A DNA stretch of 62,295 nt, filler included, from Basidioascus undulatus (Eukaryota): NCBI GenBank assembly GCA_000826855.1. It is 6 parts of 6 records of this genome, joined end to end, with 100 filler letters (N's around TTAATTAATTAA, not from the genome) between each part and the next. Parts side by side here need not be neighbours in the genome. Positions count along the whole stretch, not along the records: positions 31,240 to 41,544 come from JTLS01001149.1; positions 41,645 to 51,937 come from JTLS01001150.1; 4 more parts are not named here. The stretch is one strand, 5' to 3'. Every line of letters starts with the position of its first letter. Position 1 is the first letter of the stretch. Below, one piece after another: positions 34,219-47,700 of the stretch. Position numbers and translations under genes: made by a program. A model generated the notes under the pieces. The model searched no databases. It had not been told where the DNA came from and saw only the letters and a list, made by a program, of their open reading frames with translations.

Positions 34219-35930
34219 ATGTCCGAGGCTTTGACCTCCTTGTTTTTGCGCATTCCCGCTTCTCGCCGACTGGGCCCGGCGCAGAAGACGATCTCGTCCA
34301 GTGGAACGTAGTCGACCTCGAGGAGTTCCTCCTTGTCAATCAATCGACGCACGGACTCGTCAAAGGCGAAGTGTACAGGCGCACTTATACCCTCACGCCG
34401 ATGGAAGGCGCATGGAGCGGGACCTCAAAAACGAAGGCGCTGTTTGGGGGAACATTGAAAGAGGCGCCGGCGCTAATCTGCCTGCGGTACATCGGGCACG
34501 TTATATGGGAGGCTCACACATCTTGGGGCAGGAACTTGTCGGTCTATGTTGGCCAGCGGGACCGTGTTTGTCTGCGCCTCAACAACCCGCATCAGCTACC
34601 GGCGCGACCTCCTCCTCTCGACGGTCCGCTCCTGGAGCGATTCCTCTGCGCCCTTCCCAACATGCACACCCTCGGCCTCGGGGTCGACAGGTTTTCAAGG
34701 GGGAGAAACGATATCTTCGAGCCTTGCCAAGCTCCTGCGCCCGAGCCGCTCTTCTCCCCTCTCCTTTCCCTTCCGCTCTTCTCCCCTCGCCCTTCTGCCG
34801 GTCTCGACGCTCGCCATGCTCTCCGGCCTCGAGTCGCTCTTCTGGAGCCCCGCCAAGGACGGCGGCCCGGACGCTCGAAAACGTCACGATCTGTCTGGCG
34901 ACTCAAAGGATTTGCGACGCTAGCGGATTGTCGCAAGACCCTCTTGCAGCGGCGGACGAGTATCTCCTGCCCATGCTGGCCCTTCCTCGTCTTCGGTTCC
35001 TCATGCTGATGGGCAATCTTCTACCGAGCCGAGGGTGGGCCCCCACCTTTTTTGCGAGTCACCCGTCGCTCGTGTCCTTCACGTCAAGCAGCGGTCTCCT
35101 CGTGGTCCCGGAAACCCTCCACGCCTCTCCTATCAAGCTCCTCATCACATCGCACTACGTCCCTTCTACTCCTCTCTCAATCCGTCGCATCTTCCTTGAC
35201 ACACTACCTGGTCCCTCCGAGCGGCTTGTCGAGCTTTGCCCGCAGCTCGAGCACCTTGCACTCGGCCGTACACCGCCGGTCTACAGGAACGAGGCTGCGA
35301 CTCTCGAGCCGCTTACACAGCGCTTGGCAACCTTTCTGTGTAAGTCGAAGTCCCTGCGATCCGTCAAAATGAGGCTCCGTCTGTGGCTCACCCCGCCTGC
35401 CCTCGGCGCCGTGTGAGGCGATGCCGCAAGTCGAGGAGCTCGTCCGCCGGTTGGCCTGGGCGAATAGTGGGCGAAGGCCGCGACTGCGACCCAAACTTCG
35501 ACATCGTCCGTCCGTGCCTTGAGCCGTTGGAGTTTTGAATTTGCTCAGAAACGAACTAAATCATTATCTCTTTTCGTCACAGTCGGCCGATATCTCGGCA
35601 TTCGGCCCTTTGCAGCACCTCCGCACACTTACACTTGTTGACACCCTGCCGTACCCACCAGGGGTTGACAGTTCGAACACCGACGGTCTCAGCGACATTT
35701 TCTCTTTCGACGCTCTCACCGGGCTCGAAGCGGCTAGCGAAAAATCCAGGATTCGACGCCGCTTCACGTCGTTGGTGAAGGAAGAGCGGGCCTGCGTTCA
35801 GGAGCGCGGTGGAGGAGATGGGACGAGTCCTGCCGGCGCTGGAGAGGCTCAGGTGTTCCTCAGACCGGCTGGATAGCTCGGGATCATGGGAGGCATAGAG
35901 GCTGCGGGACGGAACATGGGCCGTTCAGTG
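34219..35930 (+). pseudogene. Frameshifted F-box/LRR-like gene
   Basis: DLEEFLLVNQSTHGLVKGEVYR, FLCALPNMHTLGL, LALPRLRFLML, CPQLEHLAL, FGPLQHLRTLTL are spread over three frames without clear introns at the shifts (~34750, ~34870, ~35400). Confidence 0.5.
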
Positions 35931-37081
35931 GGCGCTCTTGTACAGTTTCAACCGGGTGGTTTGGGATGTCTGAAATTGAAAGGCGGTCGTGGTCTCGCAA
36001 TGCATGCCTGCTAGTTGTGTTTTCACTGCTGGAGCAACGCCTGAAGTTGTGATCTGTTGTGGAACGAATACAATTCTATCACATGCAGTTGGTATGAAAG
36101 ATGGATGTGGCTCTTCGGCTGCGGTAAATGGGCCAGCCAAAAGAAGCCTGAGCGGCAAGAGCCATGACATGCACAGCACGGCGATCGTGAGAGCATGAAC
36201 CAAAGACACTGCCGCTCACACTTTCAGGTAATCCTCCTCAGGTTGCTAATAAATCTTAATATATGCATTATGATGGTAAATCGAAGCTTTGGTGGATGTC
36301 GGCATAGCCACCAAGAAGGTGGTTTGAGCAACACGACGAAGCCTCTCACTTATCAGAATATCCCCTCTGCGCCGAAATATCGAGAGGCGTTCTACCTTTC
36401 TACCCACTCCTAAAAACCAGGCCCAAGTTCTTCGCTCAAGCATAGATGATAGCTCTTGAATGTGAGGAGGTGGACACCCGGCAGTCACCATGGTGTCCCT
36501 TTGCAGCGGTTCGTCACCGCCGTGAAAGGGGCAAAGAGGCCTACGGCCAGTCCGACGGGGTCCTCTCAGAGAAAGTATCTGTAGAAGAAGATCACTTTCT
36601 GGAACGACGAAAACGCGCTAGCGAAGGTACTACACAATTTTGACTGCACCATAGCTGTTGCACGCAGCCATCACTGACGGCCCGGGTGTGTTGCGGACAT
36701 CTACTCTGATGTGCCCCACCCCTTCCGAAGGGATTTCTCTCTCCTTTAACCTTTATTTCCTGATATAAATGTATTCAATGTTCACCTGTAGGCTCAAGTG
36801 CGAAGACCCGAATGTAAGATGATAATTGGCGGTTTAGAGGGCCTGCCGTATCGGCGCAGTGAACTCCAGCCGTCCGAAAGCTGATGGTCCCCTTGCCCGG
36901 ACGTTGCTCTCTCACCGAACACTACCTTCTCGCTCCGTCTCCTTACCCGCTATCTCTATCCGCCCTAACATCAGTACGCCGTGATATCCTCGTGCTGAAA
37001 TAAGTAGCGCCTAGACGCTGATATCGAAATTCGGGCTCTCGTCACTTCTCGATCCGTGCTCGCCAATCGCTAGCCTTCGAT

Positions 37082-37728
37082 ATGGGCCTCGCCGCGACTG
37101 TACTCGGGTTCTCCTCGTTGGGCTTCGTTACCCGCTGCTGGCAGCTTGCCATCGAGCGCCGTCACGTCTTCGACAGTGAGTGTTCGAACAAGGCGATTGT
37201 GGCACGTCAGGAGGTGCCGGGGCGCGGTGATGGAGCGGTCGCGCTTGGGTTCCGGTCGAAGCAGCCGGGCGTGTTCGGGGCCTTGCCTTGGACGGCGGTA
37301 CACTTCGATTTCCGGGGGCTGGTATTATGAAGAGGGTTGCCACACTGTCCGCGGGCTTGGTGTTCGCGGTTGTTGAGCTGGGAAACTGGTGCTGGAGGTG
37401 ACTTCGGCCTTGGACGCGTCGCAACACCCCTCCCTACTCCCAATGCCGTCGCCAACCACTCGCACGTCATTGCACTACCCGCAGACTGAACACATACTCG
37501 GCAATATCTCGTTCCGAGGCACTGACTGCCTGCCCACCCTCTTTCACAGACTTCTACGGCCACTTCATCGCTGCGGGTGCCTTCGGCGGTGTCGGCTACT
37601 ACGTCCACGGCATTGAGATCCACCAGCGTCTCGCGCTAGAGAAGCGGAAGGAGGCGCTCTTGCAAAACCGGGAACGCGCGGCGGAGCTGGCGGCGGCGGC
37701 GGCGGCCGAGTCTGCGCCTGCGCACTGA
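37082..37728 (+). CDS. Mitochondrial complex I 14 kDa accessory subunit (NDUFC2/B14.5b-like), 2 exons
   Basis: 37082-37175 + 37550-37728 give MGLAATVLGFSSLGFVTRCWQLAIERRHVFDNFYGHFIAAGAFGGVGYYVHGIEIHQRLALEKRKEALLQNRER...*. Confidence 0.88.
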
Positions 37729-38283
37729 GGGAAGGGTTGGAATAGTGTAGAGACGGGATACGATAAACTGGACATTGCATGAGCTCTGAGGGCCGAGGTC
37801 GGGGAGTACGGGTTGGAGGGCAAGCATTGCAGGGGATGTTTTGCGTGTACTTGGCAGTTCCTCCGCTGAGAGACCGGAATGCGCTTCGCAACCAAGCGCA
37901 ACAAGTCGCCTGGCGCCGTGGGCTTGTTGTAGGCGATCCGAGTGTATAGGGAGTTGTTCAGTACTCACGGTTCTACACAAGTCGCACTGCAATAGAATGT
38001 TGGAAGAAGACATTGGCCGAGCGTCAGGTTGGACGTGAAGGGGCAACCGAAGCGGAGGCGGCTCGCTCATTCTCGCAGTTGGTCGCACGCGGCTCTCATC
38101 TCCCAAAATTCGGTGGCTCGGCTTGCTCACTCGTTCCGCCTCTTCTCTCCTTCGTCGGCTCAAGCCTGAGCCTTCACGAGTGTTCCCCAGCGTATGTTCT
38201 TCATTTGTCCGAACCTGTACACCAGGGCCAATCCTAACTGATCGGACGACGCCGCGCAGGTTCTCCGCCTCCTCGCCTTTCCT

Positions 38284-40431
38284 ATGTCTGAGCCTTCCGC
38301 CGCCGCCGCCGCCGCTCCCGCTCCGGCCAGCGACCCTTCCAAGCGCAAGTCTGAGGAGGTAGGCACCTCTTCTGAAGCCCCCTCCGACAAGCGCACCAAG
38401 ACGGCGCCAACCTCCGAGGCGTCCACGCCTAGCGGCTCTGCCTCGTCGCGCGGCGGCAAGTCCGGGCGGCGCAACAAGCGCTCGCGCGGGGATAAGCGCG
38501 AGGCGCGGGGACGGGCGGAGGAGTGGGAGGCGCGGAACAAGGAGAAGCGCAAGGACGGCGACACGCGGCGGCAATGGGGCAAGCCTGAGGGCGAGGACGG
38601 GGGCGAGAAGGGACCTCGTCTGCCGAAGCGCAAGGTCGCTGTTTTGTTGGGCTTCTGCGGGACGGGGTATAATGGGATGCAGATGTATGTCTTTCCTTTT
38701 TGGTCCAATGCATTCTTCTCGCAGTCTGCGATATTTGTGGGAGGTCGACCCGGCTGCCGAGCTGAGGGGAATGGTCCTGCTCATCTTTGCCGCCCTGCCT
38801 TCACATCTTCCAGTCAGCCGAGTCAACCTACGAAAACGATCGAAGGCGACTTCTTCGAAGCTCTAGTCAAGGCTGGGGCGGTCAGCGCGGACAACGCTAC
38901 CGACTCGGGCAAGGCAAGTTTGTCGCAGCCTTGCGTTCGGTCGTTCCGAAGCGCACTTGAATCGCATGCTGAAGAACTCGCTCTCTTCACCCGATGCAGG
39001 TCAACCTTCAGCGCGCAGCACGAACAGACGCTGGCGTGCACGCTGCAGGCAACGTCATCAGCCTCAAAATGATCGTTTCGATCCCGGACGTCCCCGACAT
39101 CGTCGCGCACATCAACACCTTCCTCCCGCCGCAGATCCGGATGTGGGGCTTCGTGCGCACTCAGAACTCGTTCGACGCCCGCATCTCGTGCGACAGCCGC
39201 GTGTACGAGTACCTCCTCCCCTCGCACGTCTTCATCCCGCCGGCGCCATGGTCGCGCCTCGGGCAGCGTGTCGGCGTCAAGCACGCGTTCTGGGAGGGGG
39301 CGTCCGCGAGTGACGACAAGGACGAGCTCATGAAGCGCAAGCGCGCGTGGCGGATCGAGCCGGAGCGGCTCGAGCAGCTCCGGAAGGTCGTCAAGGCGTT
39401 CGAGGGCTCGCACAACTTCTGGGCGTACACCGTCGGCAAGGAGTTCAAGGACCGGAGCTCGCAGCGTTACATGAAAGATCTTTCCGTGGGTTTCACGATG
39501 AACCCTTTTCTATTAACTGGAACTCACTCGAGAAATGCTTGTGCAGGTTCGGGATCCTCAAATCATCGACGGCAACGAGTGGATCTCGCTCCGTTTCTAC
39601 GGCCAGTCCTTCATGCTCCACCAGATTGTGCGCTTTACCACTACCAGCATGGAAACCAGCTCGCTTATCTTATTTATGTCCTGCAGCGCAAGATGGTCTT
39701 CATGATGGTGAACACCGTGCGGACGTCGACGCCTGCCGAGCTCAGTAAGCGCCGCCCGTCCGCAGCCGCGCATCTGCCGCTCATATTCATATTTTGCTTC
39801 CAGTCCCCGAGACGTTCGGCCCCTCTCGCGTGACGGTGCCGAAAGCGCCCGGACTCGGTCTCCTTCTCGAGCAGCCGTCCTTCGTCGGCTACAACCTTCG
39901 GATAGACGAGGCGAACGCCAAGCTCGTCGAGCTCAAGTCGGAAGGACGCGGGCCGACGGAGGAGCAGGAGCCAAAGCCCCACATCGACTTTGAGCTCTAC
40001 CGCGAGCAGATCGACAAGTTCAAGCTCGAGCACATCTACAACCGCATTCGGAAGGAGGAGCTTGCTGGCGAGGTGTACGTCCGGAGTTGGTCTATCCGAA
40101 TGGGAAGCTGGACTGACAGCCATCCACCCGCAGCTTCGGCAAGTGGATAGCGTCTATCGACGCGTACGACGGCACTGACTTCGACTGTACTCATCTCACC
40201 CTCTCCCTGCTTGCGACTGCTGATGCTGACATTTGCGACGCAGACCTTGGCGCTACGGGCACGATTCCGGCATCCGCCATTGTGACGCCTGGCGAGAGCC
40301 GCAAGGCCTTCCGCGAGCTCAAGCAGAAGGCGGCAGAGGGCGAAGGCGTCCCGGAACCCGCGGACGAGGTGGAGAGCGATGACGAGGCTGTAGACCAGAA
40401 GAAGATCAAGTCGGGGGAGATGGAGGGTTGA
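38284..40431 (+). CDS. PUS1: tRNA pseudouridine synthase (TruA family)
   Basis: RLPKRKVAVLLGFCGTGYNGMQ, RAARTDAGVHAAGN, CDSRVYEYLLP, FEGSHNFWAYT, GQSFMLHQIRKM, VPKAPGLGLLLEQP. Confidence 0.95.
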
Positions 40432-40655
40432 TGTCTCGACATCATGACGGACAGTACAGACGCTTTGTGCCTTGCTCGCTGCATATGATCGTGACTGTTA
40501 CCGATAAAGACGCGGTACTGGCGCTTGGTTAGATGCCGAGAGGTGAACATAATCCGCAGAAGAATAGCAAATGCAAAGTGTATGAGTTGGGAAAGGATGC
40601 GTGCGAAAGAAAGGGGTCCCGCCCGGTCCATCCATGTCCGCCTCGGACGTTCTAT

Positions 40656-41530
40656 CTACTCGGCCTTCGGCTCTCCCTTCTTCTCGCCCTCTTTCGGCGG
40701 GAAGAAGACATGCCACAGCTCGGGTCTGGCGATATCAACACGGCATTAGTCAAGTGCGTTAAAGGTAGGCCGAAGTACGCACCCATGGAGGATGAAAGCG
40801 ATGCCGACCTCGACGGCGATCAAGACGATGATGATCTGCGAGTGCGGCAGAGGTCAGATGCGCGCCGTGTTCATGTCATGCTGGGTAGGAACGTGGACGA
40901 CGTACGATCTCCATGCGGTGGCCGCTGCTCTGTAAGCGGGAAACCAAGTAAGCGTGCAGTCGAGCATCAAGGCCTGATTCTGACGTACCTCTGCAAGTAT
41001 CTCGCGCAAAGTGGATTGAACCTGTCTCGAGCAAGCGAGTCAGCCGACGTGATGAGGTGCAGAGGGGATTGGAAAAGAAGACGCACGTCCGCAGCGTAGG
41101 TAATCTTCTGATTAACAGCGTTCACTCGGGGTTCGATATCAAGCGCTTTCGAAACCTGCTGGAAGTAATCTACAGCCGAAAGTGTGTGAGGACTGCATAA
41201 CAAGGCGGATTGCAGCGACGGCAGGCTCACCTTCGAGCACCTCCTCTTCCCAGAACACGTCCGGCGCGCCCCAGAAGTCCTCGCCCTCTTCCTCCAGCTC
41301 GAGGTTCAGCCCCTGCCTGAACCGGAGCAACTCGCCCATGCGGCTGACGACCGCCTTGCGGTCCATCTCGGGCGGGACGCGGCCGTGCGCGGCGAGGTAC
41401 GACGGTAGCGTGGAGACGCTCGCGAGGTATCGCGCGAGCTGCGACTCGAGCGCTGAGAGCTTCGCGGAGCGCGAGAGAGCGTGCGAGAAGGAGTACTTCG
41501 CGAGAAGCGTCGGAGAGGCGGGGTGATCGA
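40656..41530 (-). CDS. RMND1/Sif2/DUF155 family protein, 3' part; 5' end lost at gap
   Basis: KYSFSHALSRSAKLSALE, MGELLRFRQGLNL, APDVFWEE, VSKALDIEPRVNAVNQKITYA, HRMEIIIIVLIAVEV. Confidence 0.88.
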
Positions 41531-41544
41531 TTAGGGGGAGTGTA

Positions 41545-41644
41545 NNNNNNNNNNNNNNNNNNNNNNNNNNNNNNNNNNNNNNNNNNNNTTAATTAATTAA
41601 NNNNNNNNNNNNNNNNNNNNNNNNNNNNNNNNNNNNNNNNNNNN
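41545..41644. other. Artificial contig spacer
   Basis: N44-TTAATTAATTAA-N44. Confidence 0.99.
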
Positions 41645-43141
41645 GCGCTGTGCTGCGGCGGCCGCGGCGCGCGAGCGCTGCCGCCTTCGCCGGCGGCGGA
41701 GGAGGAGGCAGAGCGCGAGTAGGGAGGAGAAGAAGAGGAGGGGCAGGACGGTGCAGATTGTGATGAGGCATGCGCGGGAGAGGCCGGCGTGGGCGGCTGC
41801 GGAAAGGGGAGGGAGGAGGGTGAGCGAGAAGGTGGCCGTGGAGCTGAGGTTCGTCCCAATGTCGCGGGCGAGGAGCGACACGCGCACGTCCGCCGAATCC
41901 TCCTCCGCCGGGGGCGTCCCGCGCAGCTCGAGCGCCGCGCTGTCCCAGCTCAGCCACGCGCCCGCGCCGCTCGGGTCAAACGCCGCCGCACGCACGTCCG
42001 TCCCGGACGCGTTGGCGATGTGCTGTGCGAGGCTCGCCGCGAAGGGCGTTCCACGCGTGGCTCGCAGGTCGGGGAGCGCGGAGGAGGCGAAGAGCGGGGG
42101 GTGCACGGTCAGGGAGAGGGTGGTGTTGAGTGGTCTAGAGGAGGAGGCGGAGGAGGACGAGGTGGCGCGCAGGTAGAGCGGGATGAGGGAGGTGGTGCTT
42201 GTGGTGATGGAGGAGAGGGAGGCTGGGACCGTCCCGGCGAGGGTGCCGGTCGAAGCGTCGTAAGCGAGCCAGGGGAAGGAGGCGAGGTCGAACGTGACGC
42301 TAAGGTCCGCGGCGCTCCCCGGCGTCTGGCCGTCCACGAGCAGCTGCTCGAGGGGGAGCGTCCACTGCGCGTGCTCCCCCGCAAGCGCTAGCATCTTCCC
42401 CACCCCCCCGTCATCCCCGCCGCGGAGGACCACTTCGCCCCTCCCCGCCACAGCAAACACGATCTCCGCCTGCGCATCGGCGTAACCCTCCCGCGCACTC
42501 GCAAGCAGCGCGACGCGCAGTGCGCCCTCCCACCCCGCGGGGGCGGCGCCCCAGAATGTCACTGTCTCCGGATCGAATTGCAGCCACTCTGGGAGGGGCG
42601 CGCGGGAGTCGCGCAGGAGCGCGGCATAGGTGGGCTTGGAGTTTGTGGGAGGGAGGAGGAAGGTGGATTGGAGGAGGCCGAGGGAGAACGACCAGGATGT
42701 GGGGATGTAAATTGTTGGAGGCCAGGAGGGGATGGAGGGCGCGACGGTCGCGGAGGAGAGGACACCCCCGCCATTCGGGGCTATCTGGTCCGCTATCGTG
42801 TTGACTATTGCAGGGCGCGGGGACGTGACGAGGAGGAGGTCGAACTCCGACGCGGCCGTCCCGTCCGCATCCCGCGCCGCGATGCTGACCCGCCAGCTCG
42901 CGTCCCCCAGCCCGGCAGGGGGCGTGCCGGTGATGCGCGCGCGGGAGGGGTCGAAGGACGCCCACTGGGGCAGGCCCGAGGCGGAGAGGGACGTGTTGGG
43001 GGAGAAGGTAGAGGGCGAGAGGGCGAAGGAGTAAGGCTCGGAGGGGTGCGCGAGCGGCGGGAGCTGGGAGGCGAGGGAGAGGAGCACGGACGCCGCGGAG
43101 GAGAGCGAGGGTGCGATGAGGAGGAGCGCGAGGGGGAGCAT
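41645..43141 (-). CDS. AXL2: AXL2-like type I membrane protein with cadherin/He_PIG-like repeats; cytoplasmic tail lost at gap
   Basis: Signal peptide MLPLALLLIAPSLSSA; QLPPLAHPSEPYSFALSPSTF; four W-x-x-(F/Y/W)-D...G-x-P repeats; TM segment then RRRRRR stop-transfer. Confidence 0.85.
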
Positions 43142-44744
43142 CGCTGCCGGGCGTGGGGGGGGGTGAGCGGTGAGCTGGGTTTGAGGAGTTGGGCCTGAGT
43201 CCGCACGCACTGACTGTCGGCGGAAGTCGGAGCCTGTAGCGGATGGAGACGAGGTGATGTAGGAGTTCTGAAAGCGAGAAGGATGAGCGCCGGGATGGGA
43301 GCGTCTCGGAGGGAGGGTACACACAGTGCTGATGTCGAAGCGTCTATACGGGCGACGGCGACGACGACGATCAAAGATGAAGATGTCAAAGACTGCATCC
43401 CTCCGCTCTCAGTCCAGCTCAACCCCATCCCATGCCACACCTAGCCCCTCCACGCACCTTATCACACACACCAAAGTCCAGCACGGCTACTCGCAGCGGC
43501 CAGCGTTGCCATACGATCCGATGCTCCGTCCAACGGCGAGCTCAAGCGTTCAAACGGCGAAAGCGATGTGCAAATGATGAGCGTGCGTGAGAATCCACCA
43601 TCCTTCCCTACTTCTTCCTTCTCCTCTTCCTCTGACCCGCCGAGCATGCGGAGGGAATGGCACCCCGACGCGCCGGGCCGCACCGCAAGGGGCTCGGACA
43701 ATTCGAGCTGAGCACATCCGGCGCGACACCTCGTTTCGTTTGGGAAGTTGTTGCGTGCTTGAAGTATATATTGTGTAGTGTGAGGACAGGCACGGGCTGG
43801 GCGAGGGAGAAGGAGGGCAGCGCACATTGAGGGTGAGCGTGAGCGTGAGGAATGAGGCGCGTGAGGAATGCGGCGCGTGCCGGGCGCGTCGGGGAAACGA
43901 CGCGAAACGGGCTCGTTTTGTTTCTTTTCTTCTCGGCGCCTGTTCGCCCAAGTTCGCCTTGCGCGACTGCGCATTCGCTCGCTCGCTCACTGCTATGGAC
44001 GACTTAAACTAAGCCAACTTCAGAAGGCAAGTTTAAGATCAGATGGGAGCTCGGAGTTCCTACCAATGTTAATGGCCGCGTACTGTAAACGCGCTACCCC
44101 TTCCCCTCGGTAGCAGTGCTGTCCGCCCAGCTCAGCCGCCTTCGCCTTCACCCACACCCACGCATCACTCATCCCGGGAAAGCTGCCTCCGGATAAGCTT
44201 TGGAACGACGCACATGCTCATGCTGAGCTCCGAAAGCTGTGTGCTCAGCGCTTGCGAGACCGTTCAAAAGCAGCCGCTACACGCGCAAATCCGACTGCCA
44301 GTGTTTTCCTGTAAGACCGCTGCGTGTATCCTTGCTGGTTCCTTCTTTGAAGCTACATCTTACCCCTCAACCAAACGACCTTGTGCCGAAAGGTGCGCTC
44401 ACACTGCGAGTCGATTCCACTGGCTCCTTCGTTTCCTCAGGCTGGAACAGCGCCGACCAGAACGGACCAATTGACAGTATATCAGACGGCGTCAGCTGAA
44501 GCCATCATTGCAACAGCGACACCATGAGGGGTCCAGAGCTGCACGGTGCCAATTTCATCCAGAACGCCTCCATTGAAGGTGCACCCTGAGAAGTCCAAAC
44601 ATGAATGGCTGCGGCCACACGCGATGACGCTGTACCACTCGGGTCCGAAGCGGGAATAATGCAGTGGAATAAATACAATACGTGGTTTCTAAAATCCTTT
44701 GCTAATGTATGCAATCACTGAAAAAGCTCGTACTCTCTACATAT

Positions 44745-47700
44745 CTACAGCAGCGTCACCGCCACACCAGCCGCAGCCAGCAACGCAGCGAGCGAGCCAG
44801 CACCGACGCCGTTGACGGCAGCGGCCGAGTCGTCCTCGTTCGAGTCCGCTGGCTGATAAGTGGGGCTGCCCCCGTTGGTCGCGTTCTGCTGGATCCACTC
44901 CGGGACACTAGGAACCGCGAGCGAGTCAGCAGTAAAGTTCTGCGTCACAACGCGCGTCTTCTCGGTCTGCGGAGCGAGCGCTTACCTGGGAACCTGCGGG
45001 GCGTAAGGCGCGCCCGACTGACCGGCGGGCACGTCGACCTCCGCGCCGTCCCAGCACCATTGGTCGTAGCACTGCGTGCACTCGGGTGACTCGGGCAGGC
45101 CCTGCCGCTCGACGGAGCGCTTGACGATCGCGCACGCGAGGCACGTGTGCCACGCGTCGCCGAGGAGGTTGTTGAGCGACGCGGACGCCGCGCCGTTGGT
45201 GATCACGCCGTTGGACTCGTCGGTGTCGTATTGGAGTTCTGTGGAAAGGAGAGGGGTCAGTAAAGCAGTACGGAGCTGTCAGAAAGGGACGGGGAGTAAC
45301 GCCGGACGTACTGAAAGTGCTCTGGTTGCCTTCGTAGACGTAAGGGTAGTTGGGAACGCTGGAAAAGGGATGCGGGTCAGCCGAACATCACACGTCATTG
45401 TTCACGACGGTGACAAGTGGACGTACTAGACAATCAGAGGCGCAGTGTGGTTCCTTACATAAGCAGAGTCCAAGTTCGAGACGTCCGAGGCATTGCTGTG
45501 ATGCATTCCCGTCCGGCATCAGCTCTACTGTCCACAATGTCGAGCAACTTGGCTTCCTACTTGTCAGACTCACCAACCGAAGAAAACCGGCCGCTGGTTC
45601 AGCCCCTGCGTGACCATCTGGTGGGTGTTGGGCATGCGCGGGACGGGGACGTCGCGGAAGTCGGTCATGCTCCTATTGTATGTGGCCCAAAGGGACGTGC
45701 CTGTTCCGAAGTTGATCGGTTAGTCTTGGGAAGAGAGCAGTTGAACGTAGGAATGGACCCACCATTCGGCCAGTACGTGTCGGTGTCGGCTGAGGCGTCA
45801 AAGGCGCTGGGTTCGAAAAATGAGCATGACCCTGCCGTCTCACAGGCTCTGCGATGAAGAGCGTACAGGATCACGTCGATGTCACGCTGGGGCTTAAGCA
45901 GCGGCCACAGCCTATACGCGGCAAGAGAATTCCGCCAACTCGCATTCAGAGGTCTTGTTGTTCCGAAGCAAGAAATCACGCACGGGATGTTCTCCAGCGC
46001 CTCGCCGCCGTCGACAAGCTGGACGTTCCTCAAATCCGCAATCTGCACGCCTCAGTCCCACACCTCAGCCTCTGGCTGATATAGAAAAGGTAGTCGAGAA
46101 GATGCACAATGTTAGTGTCGTTCTCCCACCCATAGAATGGGTTGCGCCAGAGCGCAACGTCGTTGTTGCTGTCGTCGAGCTTCTGCAGCGCGTCTTCAAG
46201 GATACCCGTAATAATGCTGTCGGAGTCGCTGGTGGAGAGCCGGGAATCTGTTGTTGATCCGTCAGTCAGTCTTCAACGTCACGCCGGACAAGGTCAAAGC
46301 AGAACAGGAGATGCCGACGGGACGACCGGGACAGTCTTACAGGCCTGGTTGAACAGCGTGCTGCTCGTCCCGACAGTGAAGCCAAAGTTCTCGAGTCTTC
46401 GATGAAGCAAAGCAACACAGCGCGGAGAAGTCAGTATGCTTGCTTAACAGACCGCTTAAAAGACGATTCGTGCGCTTACCCAACAACGCAAGAGTCCGCC
46501 GCGACCGAGCCGTTGATCCAGGGCGTGCCGACATATTCGATCGGGACGAACGCGCCGTATTCGCCGCCCTCCGAGAACCCACCGAGGGGCTCGAACTGAT
46601 CCCCAAACCAATCGCCAGTCAGTAACACACACGCGTAGTGTGTGCGAGAGGAAGACACACAGTACCCCACTCGAAGGGATTGATTTCCCAGATCGACGCG
46701 TTCTGTCCGACACTTTACCACAATGTCAGTCATAACAGTTTCAAATTCAGGATAGAGCAGGAAAATCAGCAACGCACATGACCTGGTCCAGCTCCCTCTC
46801 CAGCGCAATCACAATAGGGAACGGCATCTCGCTGTTCTCCCACGCGCTGGTATTCTTGATCGCGCCCGAGAACGTCGTCGACACGCCGTGGTCCGGGTAC
46901 CGCGAGTTGTCGAGCAGGTGGTACGACAAGGCGCGGCCCCAGAGGTCCTGTGCTCGCGTGTCCAGGTTCAAGTTAGCAGGCGAGGAGGAGGATGGGGAGA
47001 AGGAGGAGGCGGACAGTGATCTGCGTTTGGTAGCCTGCGCTGCGCTTCTCGAGCACGTCGGATACCATGTTGGCGTAGTCTGTGCGGGGAGAGGGTGGGG
47101 ACGTGGCAGGAAGGGAATGGGGGGCAGGACGGACATTCGGTGTCGTCTGCCAGTCCCATGCCGGGGTCGATCAGGCCAGACTGCAGGTTCCACACCTATA
47201 CAGAAGAGAAAATGCGTTCAATTGAGTATGGGGATATTTTGGAAATGCCGGACAGCGTACCTCCGAGTTGAGCGTCCAGGTGCTCTCCAAACCCGCAGCC
47301 GCCACCGAACCAACAAGCCAGCTTCCACCGCTGTTCCACTGCAAGAGTAAGCTCAGCACTCGCTTGCCAAATTTCCAGAAGTTGGTAGAATACGCACGAC
47401 AGCCCCGCAATATAAACACTACTCTGCAGAAGCCCCTTCGTGCTCGCAGGGTTGGTATCGTTCCTCCCATCGAGGGCCGCGAGCGCGCCCGCACCATTGA
47501 GCATCGCGCGGTAGCCGCCTCCGCTGAATGCGAGGGCGACCTTGGGGAGCGCGCCGTCCGCGTCAGTCAGGTCCGAGACAGTGTAGGTGAGGTTCGCGGA
47601 CGAGAGGTAGGACTGGAGAGCGCTGCGCGCGGAGGGCAGGCGCGAGGAGATGTAGTCCCGCTCGGAGGGGGACACGGACTGCGGTTGGGGAGAGAATCCG

